Below are positions 21,869-31,645 of a stretch of 64,000 nucleotides of DNA, one piece after another (positions within the stretch are counted from its first letter, which is position 1; each line of letters opens with the position of its first letter). The notes under the pieces were generated by a model. That model ran no database searches. It worked only from the letters and a program-made list of their open reading frames with translations, and was not told the origin of the DNA. Both the position numbers and the translations under genes were made by a program. Source of the stretch: Candidatus Cloacimonadales bacterium (GTDB taxonomy: Bacteria > Cloacimonadota > Cloacimonadia > Cloacimonadales > DAONDQ01); the NCBI GenBank assembly GCA_963662275.1, contig OY759316.1, positions 3,840,001-3,904,000 of the forward strand. The letters run 5' to 3'.

Positions 21869-22672
21869 TTACGGCTGCAACGTCAGCTCCAAAAGCATCA
21901 TTAATGCAAAACCAATCAGTACACTGACTGTAGCAAAATGATTATGTTTATCTCTTTCCGCTTCCGGTATTATTTCCTCTGCAACTACATAAATCATGGC
22001 ACCTGCTGCAAAAGCCAAAGCATAAGGTAGAACTGGTTTGGCAAAGAATGCCAGGGACGCTCCTATGACTGCGGCAATGGGTTCAACCATTCCAGAGAAC
22101 TGTCCCCAGAAGAAACTCTTTAACCTGCTCATCCCATGTCCATGTAGTGGGAGTGAGACTGCTGCTCCTTCAGGGAGATCCTGCAATGCTAAACCTGCTG
22201 TCAGTGCCAGAGCTCCGGCTATCGTAGCTCCTGATCCAGCATCGCCGCCAGAAGCTGCTACAGCCCCAAAGCCAACACCCACAGCCAGCCCTTCCGGTAT
22301 GTTATGGAGAGTGATGGCTAAAAAGAGCAAAGTTTCTTTACCCCAAGGGGTCTTGATTCCTTCATGAGTTTTTGCATTACGATGTTGATGAGGAATGAAA
22401 TGATCTAACGAACGCAAGAACAATCCTCCCAGTAAAAAACCGCAAATTGGTGGAAACCACCAACCATTTGATAAAGATATAGCTGGAGCTAAAAGAGACC
22501 AGTAGGAAGCAGCAATCATGATTCCAGCAGCAAAACCCAGCATGGTTTCAAGAAAAAGCTTGTTGATCTTATGAAAAAAGAAAACTGTTGCTGAACCGAT
22601 AGCTGTTGCTATCCATGTAAAGCCAGTACCAATCAGCGCTTGGACAACAGGGTTCAATTCACTAAACATCAT
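21869..22672 (-). CDS. ZIP family metal transporter (ZupT/GufA-like)
   Basis: HNIPEGLAVG, QDLPEG, His-rich loop, AFAAGAMIYVV. Confidence 0.92.
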   Translation of the reverse strand: MMFSELNPVVQALIGTGFTWIATAIGSATVFFFHKINKLFLETMLGFAAGIMIAASYWSLLAPAISLSNGWWFPPICGFLLGGLFLRSLDHFIPHQHRNAKTHEGIKTPWGKETLLFLAITLHNIPEGLAVGVGFGAVAASGGDAGSGATIAGALALTAGLALQDLPEGAAVSLPLHGHGMSRLKSFFWGQFSGMVEPIAAVIGASLAFFAKPVLPYALAFAAGAMIYVVAEEIIPEAERDKHNHFATVSVLIGFALMMLLELTLQP

Positions 22673-22840
22673 ACTTACCTCAATTCAGATGGATATCATG
22701 TGGCTATCGTTATTCATTGTGATCATACGGACACGTTAGACACATACCATCCTTATTTAATAATAGTTAGTATTGTAAAATGAATTAATGTTTTTGTGAA
22801 GTCAAGTTTTTTATTTATTAGTTCTTATCTCTAAAAAAAT

Positions 22841-24701
22841 GAGACTGTTCAAAATTAACCTCCATTTTACGCAGCCTTATTGGTAGTGACAGAGAAAAAG
22901 TGGTCTAAGTGCGACCAATCCACATTTTCTTGACATATGCGGGAGATATTTAAACTTGCTAAAAGTGATTCCTGACGCATGATTGGTTGACCTTTATCGA
23001 CCAGTTCTTTGAACCAAAGCGAAAACACAAGGTTGCGGGTGGTTTCTTCAGATTTTAGTCCAAATCTACCGGATGTCACCTTCTTGATTTTGCGGTTCCA
23101 GCGTTCAGAGACATTGGAAGTCAAACCTTTGCTGAGGTGTCTCCAATCACTAATGATATTGCTTTTGATGTATTCGGCGGCGGTTGGGGGAGTAATAGCT
23201 GTCAGGCTTGCGATACCCTTTTTCCTTCCGCCCGCCGTTTCTCTTCGGAAAGCTTTCATAATCCTCTTCTTAAAGAACTTGTCCCTGTCTTCAGGGAGAT
23301 GACATTGACTGATTCTTTTGAAGAGATTTCGTATCTTATGGAACTTACAGAGTTGGTAATGGACTTTTGGAAACACTGTTTTTCTTGCAACTGCTAACGA
23401 TTTACTGCCATCACTGACAATCAGGGTTGGATCTTTCCTGTAGAGCTGTCTGAAGGTTCTGAAACATGCTTCGAATGATTCTTTCTTTGTGTCAGGATAC
23501 AACTCACAAAACAGAGGGATGTGAGTCACAAAATCAACAATACTGATGACATAGTACGGAATACCTTTGATCTTCACATATTTCTCATCAATGCTGATCT
23601 TTCCGCTCCACTTACCGATTGAGTTCAGAATCAGGCTCTGCAGGTCAGCGATTTCATGCCAGAGATTTGAGACTGTAGCTTTACAGGTGTTGAGCAGCAA
23701 AGCTATCGTCTCGAAGTTCATACCGCTTCCAACCAGGTAATGTACCAGCAGACACAGGTTCTTGCGTTCCAGACTATGGAACGGCTTTGCATCGGCGGTT
23801 CTATGGGATGTATTGCCTTTAGCAGTCTTCATTTGTTCCAGGAGTCTGTCACAGATAACAGGTGTATTCTGCTGACCGGCAAGCAGTTTCAGCAGATGTA
23901 CAGCATCACCGCCTACTGTCTTTTTCAGAAGAAGCTTCTGAGCTTGCTTAACTACAGACAGAGAATTGACCTGAGAAGCATATTTGCAGAAAGTGGTATA
24001 GGACATTTTAAAATCATGATGGCTGATGAACTCCTGATACATGACATTTAAAGGTAAAAGCAGGTTATTGATAACAAAATTCTCGATCTGAGGAATACAC
24101 TCCAGCAGGTCAACTTTCCGGCTTAAATATGCCAGGATATCATGACCATGCTGCTCAAACTCTTGCCAGAAATTATGTACATTCCTGCGGTCTGCGTAGT
24201 TAAACAGATCAGCTATTTGCTGAAGTGTAAGGAGGTTGTCTCCGCCTATTCCTACTAATAAGCGTAGAAACGCTATTAAGAACTTGTGGTTTGATGTTGT
24301 CTCAGGCAAAGTGAATGAAAATGGTACGTTAATACTTACATGGTATTGGTTACTTTCATGACTAACACTTACCGCTTCTTGAATTGGAGTGTTTTTTTGT
24401 CATAATATCCTCCCTTTTGTTACCAGGTAACAAATGCCATTGAAGCTATAGCAAAAAACTTGTAAAGAACTATTTTATATGATTTTAACTACACATTTAG
24501 TCAGAAACGGCTTCGAAACATTACTTATAATCGCGTGTTTTTCAATTTTAGTCAAAAAGCTTAACTTGTGATTTGGTGTCCTTAGCAGAGCTTATCTGTC
24601 AATTCTGGAAGGTATGTTAAATTATGACCGTTTCGACCACTTTTTTCAACTTGCTACTTTCTAACTTATTGAATATTATGAATAACTTCATGAACAGTCT
24701 C
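22841..24701 (-). mobile_element. Insertion sequence (DDE; IS6/IS256-like motifs), 1861 bp
   Basis: Terminal inverted repeat GAGACTGTTCA (22841-22851) / TGAACAGTCTC (24691-24701); flanking 8-bp direct repeat AAAAAAAT (22833-22840, 24702-24709). Confidence 0.88.
22867..24403 (-). CDS. DDE transposase; RBS-backed ATG at 24403 is 1 nt out of frame at an A7 run
   Basis: IDEKYVKIKG, SDGSKSL..VFP..YQLCKFH, TSNVSERWN. The in-frame ORF in the track is 22867..24309 from TTG. Confidence 0.8.
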
Positions 24702-24755
24702 AAAAAAATAGCATGAGAATGATTTATATGCCACTATCAGTCCTCTTACATCAGA

Positions 24756-24839
24756 ACCGCAGCACTACCGCAACACTACCGCTACACTACCGCAGGACCA
24801 CCGCTCCTAGGAGCGGTAGTGTTGGGGTCATGTTGCCGT
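24756..24839. repeat. Array of 11-bp units folded around a perfect palindrome
   Basis: ACCGCAGCACT ACCGCAACACT ACCGCTACACT ACCGCAGGACC, then ACCGCTCCTAGGAGCGGT, then two inverted units. Confidence 0.8.
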
Positions 24840-24974
24840 ATTTATATGGTTCTTTCTTCCTGGTATTCCAAGAGACAAGAAGATGGGATTTGATATGTAA
24901 GCTAAGGCATTTGGAGTTATATGAAAGCTGAGGTTTTGGAGTTCATCTCAGCCTGTCTGCCATCTTCAGGGGGA

Positions 24975-25205
24975 AACTCCGGTTCACCCGAAGTGCATCA
25001 TTCCAGAAGATTTTGGTCTTCGCTTAAGGCTAGCAAGCTCGACATTGTATCCTGCCGAATCGAGTTCGTTATCCTACGGACTGCTGTTTCGTCATTTGTT
25101 ACTCCCCACCCCATCTCACGATGACGCAGTTACATAGACTACCAGGCATGACGTAGCCTGAAATGGGACTTGCACCCATCCGATTTCTATCTATCACTAT
25201 CGTAC
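24975..25205 (-). mobile_element. Group IIC intron 5' remnant (domain I), no ORF or domain V
   Basis: Minus strand GTACG...GGGTGCAAGTCCC...GTAACTGCGTCATCGTGAGATGGGGTGGGGAG...GTCCGTAGGATAACGAACTCGATTCGGC, co-linear with IIC domain I as I recall it; preceded by a hairpin. Confidence 0.75.
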
Positions 25206-25321
25206 TAACGCTCGGATTTCAATCCGGCGAAATAACTATTTGATGTCCTTGAATTTCCAAACACCTTTCACACTTACTATTGCGAACGTTACACTCAACA
25301 AGTCATAAAGGGAAATATGGT

Positions 25322-25403
25322 ATGATTACTATAGCATTACGGTACAAATACGGTTTTTTACCGTAATGCTACTGTATTGCTACCGTATTGGTACCGTAAT
25401 GCT
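25322..25403. repeat. Second inverted array of 11-bp units (ACCGTAATGCT type)
   Basis: AGCATTACGGT ACAAATACGGT, short T run, then ACCGTAATGCT ACTGTATTGCT ACCGTATTGGT ACCGTAATGCT. Confidence 0.8.
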
Positions 25404-25526
25404 TTTTAGGGATAAAAGAAACCGTACTATTCGGGAGAATTTGTCGTTTGTATTCTCATCCTTGACAAACAAGCTTCATATTCTTCATATGAAAAGTCAG
25501 TTCTATTGATACTTGCGAGGTAATCA

Positions 25527-26567
25527 ATGTACATCATTATTCTGCTAGTCTATTCCATCGGTCACTTCATCATTGATTTGACGACAGGATTGGCTCATTA
25601 TGGTCAGAATGAGTTTTATTATTCCGGTTTCGGCTGGAGCGTCGGTCAGACTTTCATGTATAATACACTGGCATTCGGGATCCAGCCTTTTCTCGGGTAT
25701 TTGATAGACCGTTGGAATATTAGCCGTTTTGCTGCTATCTTGGGATGTCTCTTAGCAGGATCATCCCTCCTTCTTTTACCGAATCCTTCGCTCTCCATCG
25801 TATTTGCAGGAATCGGGAATGCCCTCTACCATTTGGGAGCTGGCGTTTCTGTATGGCGTTTATTTCCCCGAAAAGCCTGGGCTCTCGGTGTTCTTGTGGG
25901 ACCCGGCGCTTTGGGGATTACGTGGAGCCGAACATTAGGAGCAGACGTGGGATATTACATGTCACCTGTTATAACGGTGCTGATGTTTCTGACTATGATG
26001 ATCATCTTCCTGCCGAATTTAGAGAAAATCAAGAGAATTTATGAACCTTTGAAGATTCCCCGGGGGGCAATGCCGATCATTCTTTTATTGCTCATTTCCA
26101 CCATGATACGGTCTTACATCGGCATGAATCTTAATTTTCCCTGGAAAACCGGTGCAAATATGGCTTTGTTTCTTGTACTAGCGATTGCATCAGGTAAAAT
26201 GTTGGGCGGTTTCGCAGCGGATCATTTTGGCAGGATCAAAGCCTCAGCCATTGCTCTCGTACTCGCTGCTCCTCTAATTGCCTGGGGCACATCTGTTCCG
26301 ATAAGTGGTATATTCGGGACATTCCTGTTTCAATCAACGATGGCAGTTACACTTTTAGGTTTATTCCTGGAACTTCCTGAAAATCCAGCCTTTGCGTTTG
26401 GTTTACTTTGTTTCGCATTATGGGTGGGTATGTTCTTTACCCAGGTTGTACCTGTTAAGTTGCCTCATCCAGCAATATACTGCATCGTTATCATACTTAC
26501 ATCATGTGCTGCCTTATGTAGTGGGTTATGGCTTCAGCTCAAAAAAGAACATTCTAGAAACGAATAA
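25527..26567 (+). CDS. MFS-like membrane protein
   Basis: About 11-12 hydrophobic segments, GYLIDR and GGFAADHFGR loop motifs; GAGG RBS. Confidence 0.75.
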   Translation: MYIIILLVYSIGHFIIDLTTGLAHYGQNEFYYSGFGWSVGQTFMYNTLAFGIQPFLGYLIDRWNISRFAAILGCLLAGSSLLLLPNPSLSIVFAGIGNALYHLGAGVSVWRLFPRKAWALGVLVGPGALGITWSRTLGADVGYYMSPVITVLMFLTMMIIFLPNLEKIKRIYEPLKIPRGAMPIILLLLISTMIRSYIGMNLNFPWKTGANMALFLVLAIASGKMLGGFAADHFGRIKASAIALVLAAPLIAWGTSVPISGIFGTFLFQSTMAVTLLGLFLELPENPAFAFGLLCFALWVGMFFTQVVPVKLPHPAIYCIVIILTSCAALCSGLWLQLKKEHSRNE

Positions 26568-27381
26568 TTAAGCCAAATAAGGCAACAATACAAGTCCAGC
26601 AGAATAAGAAGCCAGGTTACAGGCAGCCGATTAGAAAAGAGCTTTTATAATGCTGGAATTTGCCTATATTTATTTACTTTTGAGAATCTGACATGATTAC
26701 TTTATGATTTTTTAAAGTTGGGGCATAGTCTAATACTCCGTAAATTCTTTGTTTTTGAGCTTTCTGATACGAACTCAAGCTCTTTTCTGGATGTATATGG
26801 AGATGAGAGAAATAAGCTGGTAACGCTTTGAAATTATCCGTTACTATAATTTGATAGTACTTATTCTGATAGATTATTTTATAAAGAAACAGAGAATATT
26901 GGGGACTATCAGGTTTTGATTTAACACCTGTTTTAGTCATTTTGTAATAACTATCCACTTGCTCGAATGCATCAGAACGAAAACTATCAACTGGAAAATT
27001 GATTGGTTCTTGTTTCGCTATATCTTTGTCCGTAACACCTGTATCAATGCGATATTCTCCGAAACGTCCGTGTTTTTCATATACAAACTTCGGATACCAT
27101 GGGGTTATAATATCGCTAGTCCATTTAGAATATTCAACGACTATCGAATCCGTGACGATTTTGTTACACTTGCCTTGCCGACGTTTGACGAAGTAAAAAT
27201 CAGTTTTCGGATATGCTTTTAGTCCTGTTATATGTACAATATTCTTGCTATACTTTATGGGAACAAGTGTTTTTTCACGCTTAATTTCTGCCAATTCTGC
27301 TTTTGAAAGTGCTATATCACTCCATAAAGATATAGATAAAATTATCATAGCTACGAAAAAGAACAATTTGTTTTTTAACAT
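26568..27381 (-). pseudogene. Truncated tandem paralog of 27430..28602 (open part 26674..27381 plus detached C-terminal remnant)
   Basis: Shared blocks ISLWSDI, KIVTD, DSYY, YSL, QII, LK.HKV. Downstream remnant SAACNLASYSAGLVLLPYLA* matches the neighbour's C-terminus SVACNFNSYIAGVLQLPYLF*. Confidence 0.65.
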
Positions 27382-27429
27382 GCTTCACTTCCTTTTTTTT
27401 AAGTTCAATCAAAACAAACGCAATAAGTA

Positions 27430-28602
27430 TCAAAACAAATATGGCAACTGCAAAACCCCTGCGATATAGGAATTAAAGTTACAGGCGACAGATAAGATGA
27501 GAGCATTTTTAAAGGATATTTTGAATACTTTGGCATACACCAGCGCTTCCACGATAACAGCGAAGAGTTCTGTGGCGATCAGGTTCGGAAGATACTGATT
27601 GATGAATGCAGGGAATATCCACCAGTTGATGGAAATGGTGAATCCGGTCGCTGCTGCACAGGTGATGAAGATTGTAATAAATTGTTCCAGTTTGAAAGGT
27701 GAAACCAAGGTAACGGGCTTGAATAGGATGAGCAGAACTAAAAATTCTATCAGAATTGAATAAATAAGCGCTCTGATAAAATTCCTCTTAAATATTCTCA
27801 TGTCAGGGCTATTCTCAGCATTCATTGCTTTACTAATTTGATTGATAGTTTTCCTTGGAGGATATTTCGCTTGGTCTGGATTTTGAAGACTATTATCTTT
27901 TACATTTATGGGATCATCATTCGTACTTCCAACACTAGGACCCATCCTAACCTTGTGATCTTTCAACTTCCTGGCATAAGACACTACTTCGTCCACATTG
28001 TAGCTCGGATGTATTTGTTCGCTATAGGTTTGTCTTTTATTAAGAAATGTTTGAAATTTGTCGAAATCACCTGTTTCAATGATCTGCAACTGACTATCCT
28101 TGAAGATGCGCTTATTGATTGCAAGAGAATACTTCAGATCATTCTTAGCGGAAGCTGGATTGGATTCCCTGATTTCATAATAACTATCAATTTTATCAAA
28201 TTCCTGATATTTTGGACAATAGGCTGTTAATGTCATCGCTTTCTTGTGATCAATGCTCTTATCTCTCACTAAATCTGCTTCATCATACAGCTTAATGCCA
28301 GTATCTGCTAAATTATATTCCTCTCCTTCCTGGAGTTTCTTAAACTCAGGATCCCAAGAGATAAATTGAGCAAAATATAAGGTGCCGGAACTTACTGTAA
28401 CCACATCAGTCACAATCTTTGTAAATGTGAGTTTTCTTGGGATTCCCGTTGTCTGAACCAGGTAAAAAGTGGTTGGAATCTTCCGAAAGCCTTTGATATA
28501 TGATTGTGATTTGCAATGAGACTGAGGTGTCGGGATGTCTGACCATAAAGAGATACATAAAATAAGCATCACAGCGAATAGGAACAATCGGATCTTATCC
28601 AT
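27430..28602 (-). CDS. Hypothetical protein: signal peptide, extracytoplasmic domain, four C-terminal TM helices
   Basis: Hydrophobic N-terminus; GGAG RBS; C-terminal hydrophobic segments. Confidence 0.7.
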   Translation of the reverse strand: MDKIRLFLFAVMLILCISLWSDIPTPQSHCKSQSYIKGFRKIPTTFYLVQTTGIPRKLTFTKIVTDVVTVSSGTLYFAQFISWDPEFKKLQEGEEYNLADTGIKLYDEADLVRDKSIDHKKAMTLTAYCPKYQEFDKIDSYYEIRESNPASAKNDLKYSLAINKRIFKDSQLQIIETGDFDKFQTFLNKRQTYSEQIHPSYNVDEVVSYARKLKDHKVRMGPSVGSTNDDPINVKDNSLQNPDQAKYPPRKTINQISKAMNAENSPDMRIFKRNFIRALIYSILIEFLVLLILFKPVTLVSPFKLEQFITIFITCAAATGFTISINWWIFPAFINQYLPNLIATELFAVIVEALVYAKVFKISFKNALILSVACNFNSYIAGVLQLPYLF

Positions 28603-28774
28603 CTTTGAATCTCCCTTTATTTTCCCTTTCTTGATATTTCCATAAAGAGCAACTTATGTGTCAAGATTAATTTCATTTTCATTTATTTTTGTTCGCTTGT
28701 GACTGTTCACAGTTCTTCATTACCGAGCTAATAGATTGTAGAGAAAAATAACTTTCTCCGAATTTGTACTTATA

Positions 28775-30420
28775 CAGGCATCCCCCCGTAATTTTCTTAA
28801 CAATTAGTTTAGAAGCGTTTATAGTAACAGTCAAACGTTTTGCCGACTTTGAAAATCTGTTTAACATCACTGGTTGGTCAAAACTCCTAAACAGAAACTA
28901 GTGCAATTTGTAATTTACGGTAAACAGAAGAGTTGTGTTTTCACGGTAAAAGCAAAAAGCAGGTATTTTAATAAAACTTATAAAATTATGTGAGAAAATA
29001 AGATAACTATATAGAATGTCCATAATAAAACTGTACAAAAAAAGTGTCTCCGATCTTTTGTTCAAGCACTAAACCAAACCTAAGAAGGAGACACCCATGA
29101 TTAATAAGAAGCAAATCAAAACCAGAGAAACCTTGCAAGTAAAATTGTTACAATTTCTGAATAATTTTAGAGAAACGCAATCTCTACCTGTGTATAAGTT
29201 CATACAGGATATCTGCTTAGGGATACTGAAAAGTAAATCTGTAATTATGCTCCAAATAGCGAAACAGCTAAATGAACCAATCACGGTTAAAAAGCTCTGC
29301 GAACGTTTCACCCGACATTTGAATAAGAAGCCCTTAGGAGATAAGCTGCAAGCGGAAATAATTAGGCATCAGTGCCAGGGTTTTGATGATGAGACAGGCA
29401 TCATAGTTGATGAAAGTGATATCGTAAAAACCAAAGCCAAAAAGATGGAGGGATTGCAGAAGGTGCGTGATGGCAGCACCGGCAGTCATGATCAGCAGGG
29501 CTATGCATTGCTGAATATAATTGCCTATCAGGCAGGCAGTACAGGCTATGAGATAAAACCCATCAGTTCAGACCTGATAGCCCGAAACATGGAACTGGAT
29601 AGCGTCTCTCAGATCATGGAAGACCGGCTAGTGGGGATTATTCTTGCAAGTGGTAACCGTGGAGTAACTATTTTCGACCGTGGCTTTGACAACCGAAATC
29701 TATTCAGCTTTCTGCATGAACATGGACTAAGCTATATCATCAGATCAACAGGTGAAAGAAGTCTTATCATGGATGGCTGCGAACAGAACTTCATGGCAGT
29801 GGCAAAGACAGTGAAACTCGATCATACATTCAATCTGCAAGAATCAGGACAACAGATAAAATGTGGTTTAACGCGGGTGAAGCTGCGTTTGAATCCTTAC
29901 CCTGTAAAATACCCTGATACTACAGATGCCTGGCTTATTGTTGCACAGTTCAGTCCCGATGCTAGTGGCAGACAGGGATATTTCTATTTCATCTGCGACT
30001 TTCCGACACAACCTTATCTGACGGAAAATGCTATCATGGAGAAGGTTTTGCGGATGTATCGCATACGCTGGAAAATCGAAGAGGTCCATCGCCATATCAA
30101 GCAGGAATATGGTTGGGAAAAGATACAACTGAAATCATATACCCGTCTGAAAAACATGAACCAGCTGCTTCTGCTAGCTATGTGCTACCTGTATTCTCTG
30201 AAAAAGTATGCTGGCGTATTTTTAGATGCCTTCCCAAATCTTATGAAATACTCAAATAAACAGTGGAAGCAGATATATGACTTTGTGTATTATCGTCTGT
30301 CAATGCTGATAGAGATGTGTTTTGCCACCGTGACAAGGTACAGGCTCAATCCTTTTGCAGGAAAATGGCTGGATAATCAGCAGCTAAAAATACCTGGTTT
30401 GAAAAACGGGGGGATGTGAG
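28775..30420 (+). mobile_element. Insertion sequence (IS4-like DDE), 1646 bp
   Basis: Ends CAGGCATCCCCCCGT / ACGGGGGGATGTGAG (imperfect IR); flanking 14-bp direct repeat AATTTGTACTTATA (28761-28774, 30421-30434). Confidence 0.9.
29097..30419 (+). CDS. Transposase, DDE_Tnp_1-like
   Basis: IVDESD, FDRGFD, YRIRWKIEEVHRHIK (YxxRWxIE..K); AAGGAG RBS; the stop lies within the right IR. Confidence 0.92.
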   Translation: MINKKQIKTRETLQVKLLQFLNNFRETQSLPVYKFIQDICLGILKSKSVIMLQIAKQLNEPITVKKLCERFTRHLNKKPLGDKLQAEIIRHQCQGFDDETGIIVDESDIVKTKAKKMEGLQKVRDGSTGSHDQQGYALLNIIAYQAGSTGYEIKPISSDLIARNMELDSVSQIMEDRLVGIILASGNRGVTIFDRGFDNRNLFSFLHEHGLSYIIRSTGERSLIMDGCEQNFMAVAKTVKLDHTFNLQESGQQIKCGLTRVKLRLNPYPVKYPDTTDAWLIVAQFSPDASGRQGYFYFICDFPTQPYLTENAIMEKVLRMYRIRWKIEEVHRHIKQEYGWEKIQLKSYTRLKNMNQLLLLAMCYLYSLKKYAGVFLDAFPNLMKYSNKQWKQIYDFVYYRLSMLIEMCFATVTRYRLNPFAGKWLDNQQLKIPGLKNGGM

Positions 30421-30536
30421 AATTTGTACTTATAACATTGACATATTTTCCAAATTTGTAAAAAATCCGACGGATGTATATAAGGTAAAATGAACTTTTT
30501 CCAGTTGTACATATATTTAGCTGCATAGGAGTATCT

Positions 30537-31202
30537 ATGAACATCGATACTGTATATAAAGTACTTGAAGCTCGATTCCAAACGTATAAAACACCGGTTG
30601 TGGATTTCATTGAGGCTCAGACAAAAGATCCATTCAAGGTGCTTGTCGCTACTATTTTAAGTGCTCGGACAAAAGATGAGACAACTACTGAAACTGTGAA
30701 TATCCTTTTTCAGAAAGTGAATACACCTGATGACCTGGAACAATTGACAGAAGCGGAATTGGATAAAATGATCTTCAAAGTTGGTTTTCATCATACAAAA
30801 GCCAAGCATCTGAAACAATTGCCAGTTGTTCTCAGGGAGAAATTCAACGGTATCATTCCTGATGAGATTGATGATCTTATTCAGTTACCGGGAGTTGGAC
30901 GTAAAACTGCCAACCTGGTGCGAGTTATTGCCTTCAAAAAACCGGGAATATGTGTCGATGTGCATGTACATCGTATTTCAAATCGCTTAGGTTATGTGAA
31001 GACAAAGAACCCATTTGAAACAGAAATGGCATTAAGAAAAATACTACCTGGTAAGTACTGGCTATGTATCAATTCCTATATGGTTGCGTTTGGGCAGAAT
31101 CATTGCACTCCGCTGAATCCATATTGCGATACTTGCCCTATATATGAGGAATGTGATAGAGTAGGAGTCAAAACGAAGTTCGAAGTGCGAAGTGCGAAGT
31201 AA
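30537..31202 (+). CDS. nth: Endonuclease III
   Basis: LVATILSART, HhH LPGVGRKTAN, VDVHVHR, 4Fe-4S motif C-x6-C-x2-C-x5-C. Confidence 0.95.
   Translation: MNIDTVYKVLEARFQTYKTPVVDFIEAQTKDPFKVLVATILSARTKDETTTETVNILFQKVNTPDDLEQLTEAELDKMIFKVGFHHTKAKHLKQLPVVLREKFNGIIPDEIDDLIQLPGVGRKTANLVRVIAFKKPGICVDVHVHRISNRLGYVKTKNPFETEMALRKILPGKYWLCINSYMVAFGQNHCTPLNPYCDTCPIYEECDRVGVKTKFEVRSAK
31174..31201 (+). repeat. CGAAGTN heptamer tandem repeat at the nth 3' end
   Basis: CGAAGTT CGAAGTG CGAAGTG CGAAGTA; same unit at 33245-33279 and 57631-57672. Confidence 0.85.
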
Positions 31203-31274
31203 CAGAAAGGAAGAGAAGTTCGAAGAGAACAAAAGCAGGTTTCCGCTGACGATGATGAAAAGGAGTGCAGCATG

Positions 31275-31544
31275 TTGGACTTCGAATCACTTTTATAAAC
31301 TTATAAATACTCTCGACTATAGGTGATTCTGAGTTCAATCCCGTTTTTCCAATTTCACCGGTTAGAACTTCCCAAAAAAAGAGTTTTCGCTACCGAGAAT
31401 GAAAGCTGAGTTCTCCGAGTGAACAGATTTATCTATTTGTATCGAGGAGACGACATTGCACAACCTTATAGTGTCACATTGGGTCATTTCGATACAATTT
31501 CTCCTTCGTCGAAATCACTCAATGAACCGGCTCTTAGCTTTCAT
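31275..31544. repeat. Two long imperfect hairpins (MITE/REP-like)
   Basis: TTGGACTTCGAATCAC/GTGATTCTGAGTTCAA (31275-31338); ATGAAAGCTGAG/CTTAGCTTTCAT (31399-31544) with inner TTGTATCGA/TCGATACAA. Confidence 0.6.
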
Positions 31545-31573
31545 GTATCACTAAAATTTTAGTTTTAACGAAA

Positions 31574-31597
31574 AGAGACGCCCGCAAGAGCGTCTCT
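31574..31597. terminator. Hairpin between convergent genes (terminator or REP)
   Basis: AGAGACGCCCGCAAGAGCGTCTCT preceded by an A run, which is a U tract on the minus strand. Confidence 0.5.
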
Positions 31598-31645
31598 GTA
31601 TAAGACACCCATAAAGAGCATCTTCACTTGCGTAGGAGGAGCAAG

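Noticed and set aside
24713..25124. Short ORFs 24713..24931 and 24921..25124
   Set aside because: They run through the 11-mer array and the intron remnant and have no protein-like features.
25205..25240. Integron attC site as the intron target
   Set aside because: The hairpin is short, lacks convincing R''/L''/L'/R' boxes, and no integrase or cassette array is present.
26568..28602. Diversity-generating retroelement template/variable repeat pair
   Set aside because: There is no reverse transcriptase in the window, and the paralog differences are not confined to adenines.
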